Positions 63,901 to 64,000 of a stretch of DNA of 64,000 nucleotides are shown piece by piece. The DNA comes from Podarcis tiliguerta. Taxonomy: Eukaryota. The notes below the pieces were generated by a model. It saw nothing but the letters and a program-made list of their open reading frames with translations. It was not told the origin of the DNA and searched no databases. The DNA lies in NCBI GenBank assembly GCA_965153285.1, contig OZ229114.1. One strand, written 5' to 3'. The position numbers and the translations under genes are program-made. Each line of letters opens with the position of its first letter. The first letter of the stretch is position 1.

Positions 63901-64000
63901 GGGAAGGCATATTTTGGGATTAGGGAGCAGGGTTTGCAAGTCAGAGACCGAGAGTTTCAGAAAGCTACTCCTCAAGCATTTGTTGTTGTTGCTAAGAAGT

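Noticed and set aside
63515-63923. PolyE, polyS, polyL and polyK ORFs
   Set aside because: They are translations of the (CTT)n microsatellite.

Overview
This is eukaryotic DNA from a squamate reptile, most likely a lacertid lizard. That is inferred from the Sauria SINEs with (ACCTTT)n tails, Squam3-like SINEs with (CTT)n tails and a Bov-B LINE. The window is intergenic or intronic, rich in transposable elements, and contains a 403-N assembly gap at 13369-13771. I found no intact host protein-coding gene, true tRNA/rRNA gene or CRISPR array, and almost all ORFs in the track are spurious or TE-derived. Well supported features are 4 Sauria SINEs, 4 Squam3-like SINEs, tRNA-Ile- and tRNA-Lys-headed SINEs with a CR1 tail, Bov-B, L2, L1 and CR1 LINE fragments, a Tc1 transposase/IR-DR remnant, many hAT and Tigger-like MITEs with visible TIRs/TSDs, solo LTRs and microsatellites. 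The best non-repeat leads are: a minus-strand TATA box plus first exon with a perfect splice donor (~6.7-6.8 kb); an intronless fragment resembling an ADAM/reprolysin prodomain (~41.5-41.8 kb); a phase-compatible pair of candidate minus-strand exons (43.4-47.5 kb); an unexplained 31-bp perfect direct repeat; and a long hairpin with a (CTT)n loop. I cannot support a genuinely new biological system here, and the leads are hypotheses to test.
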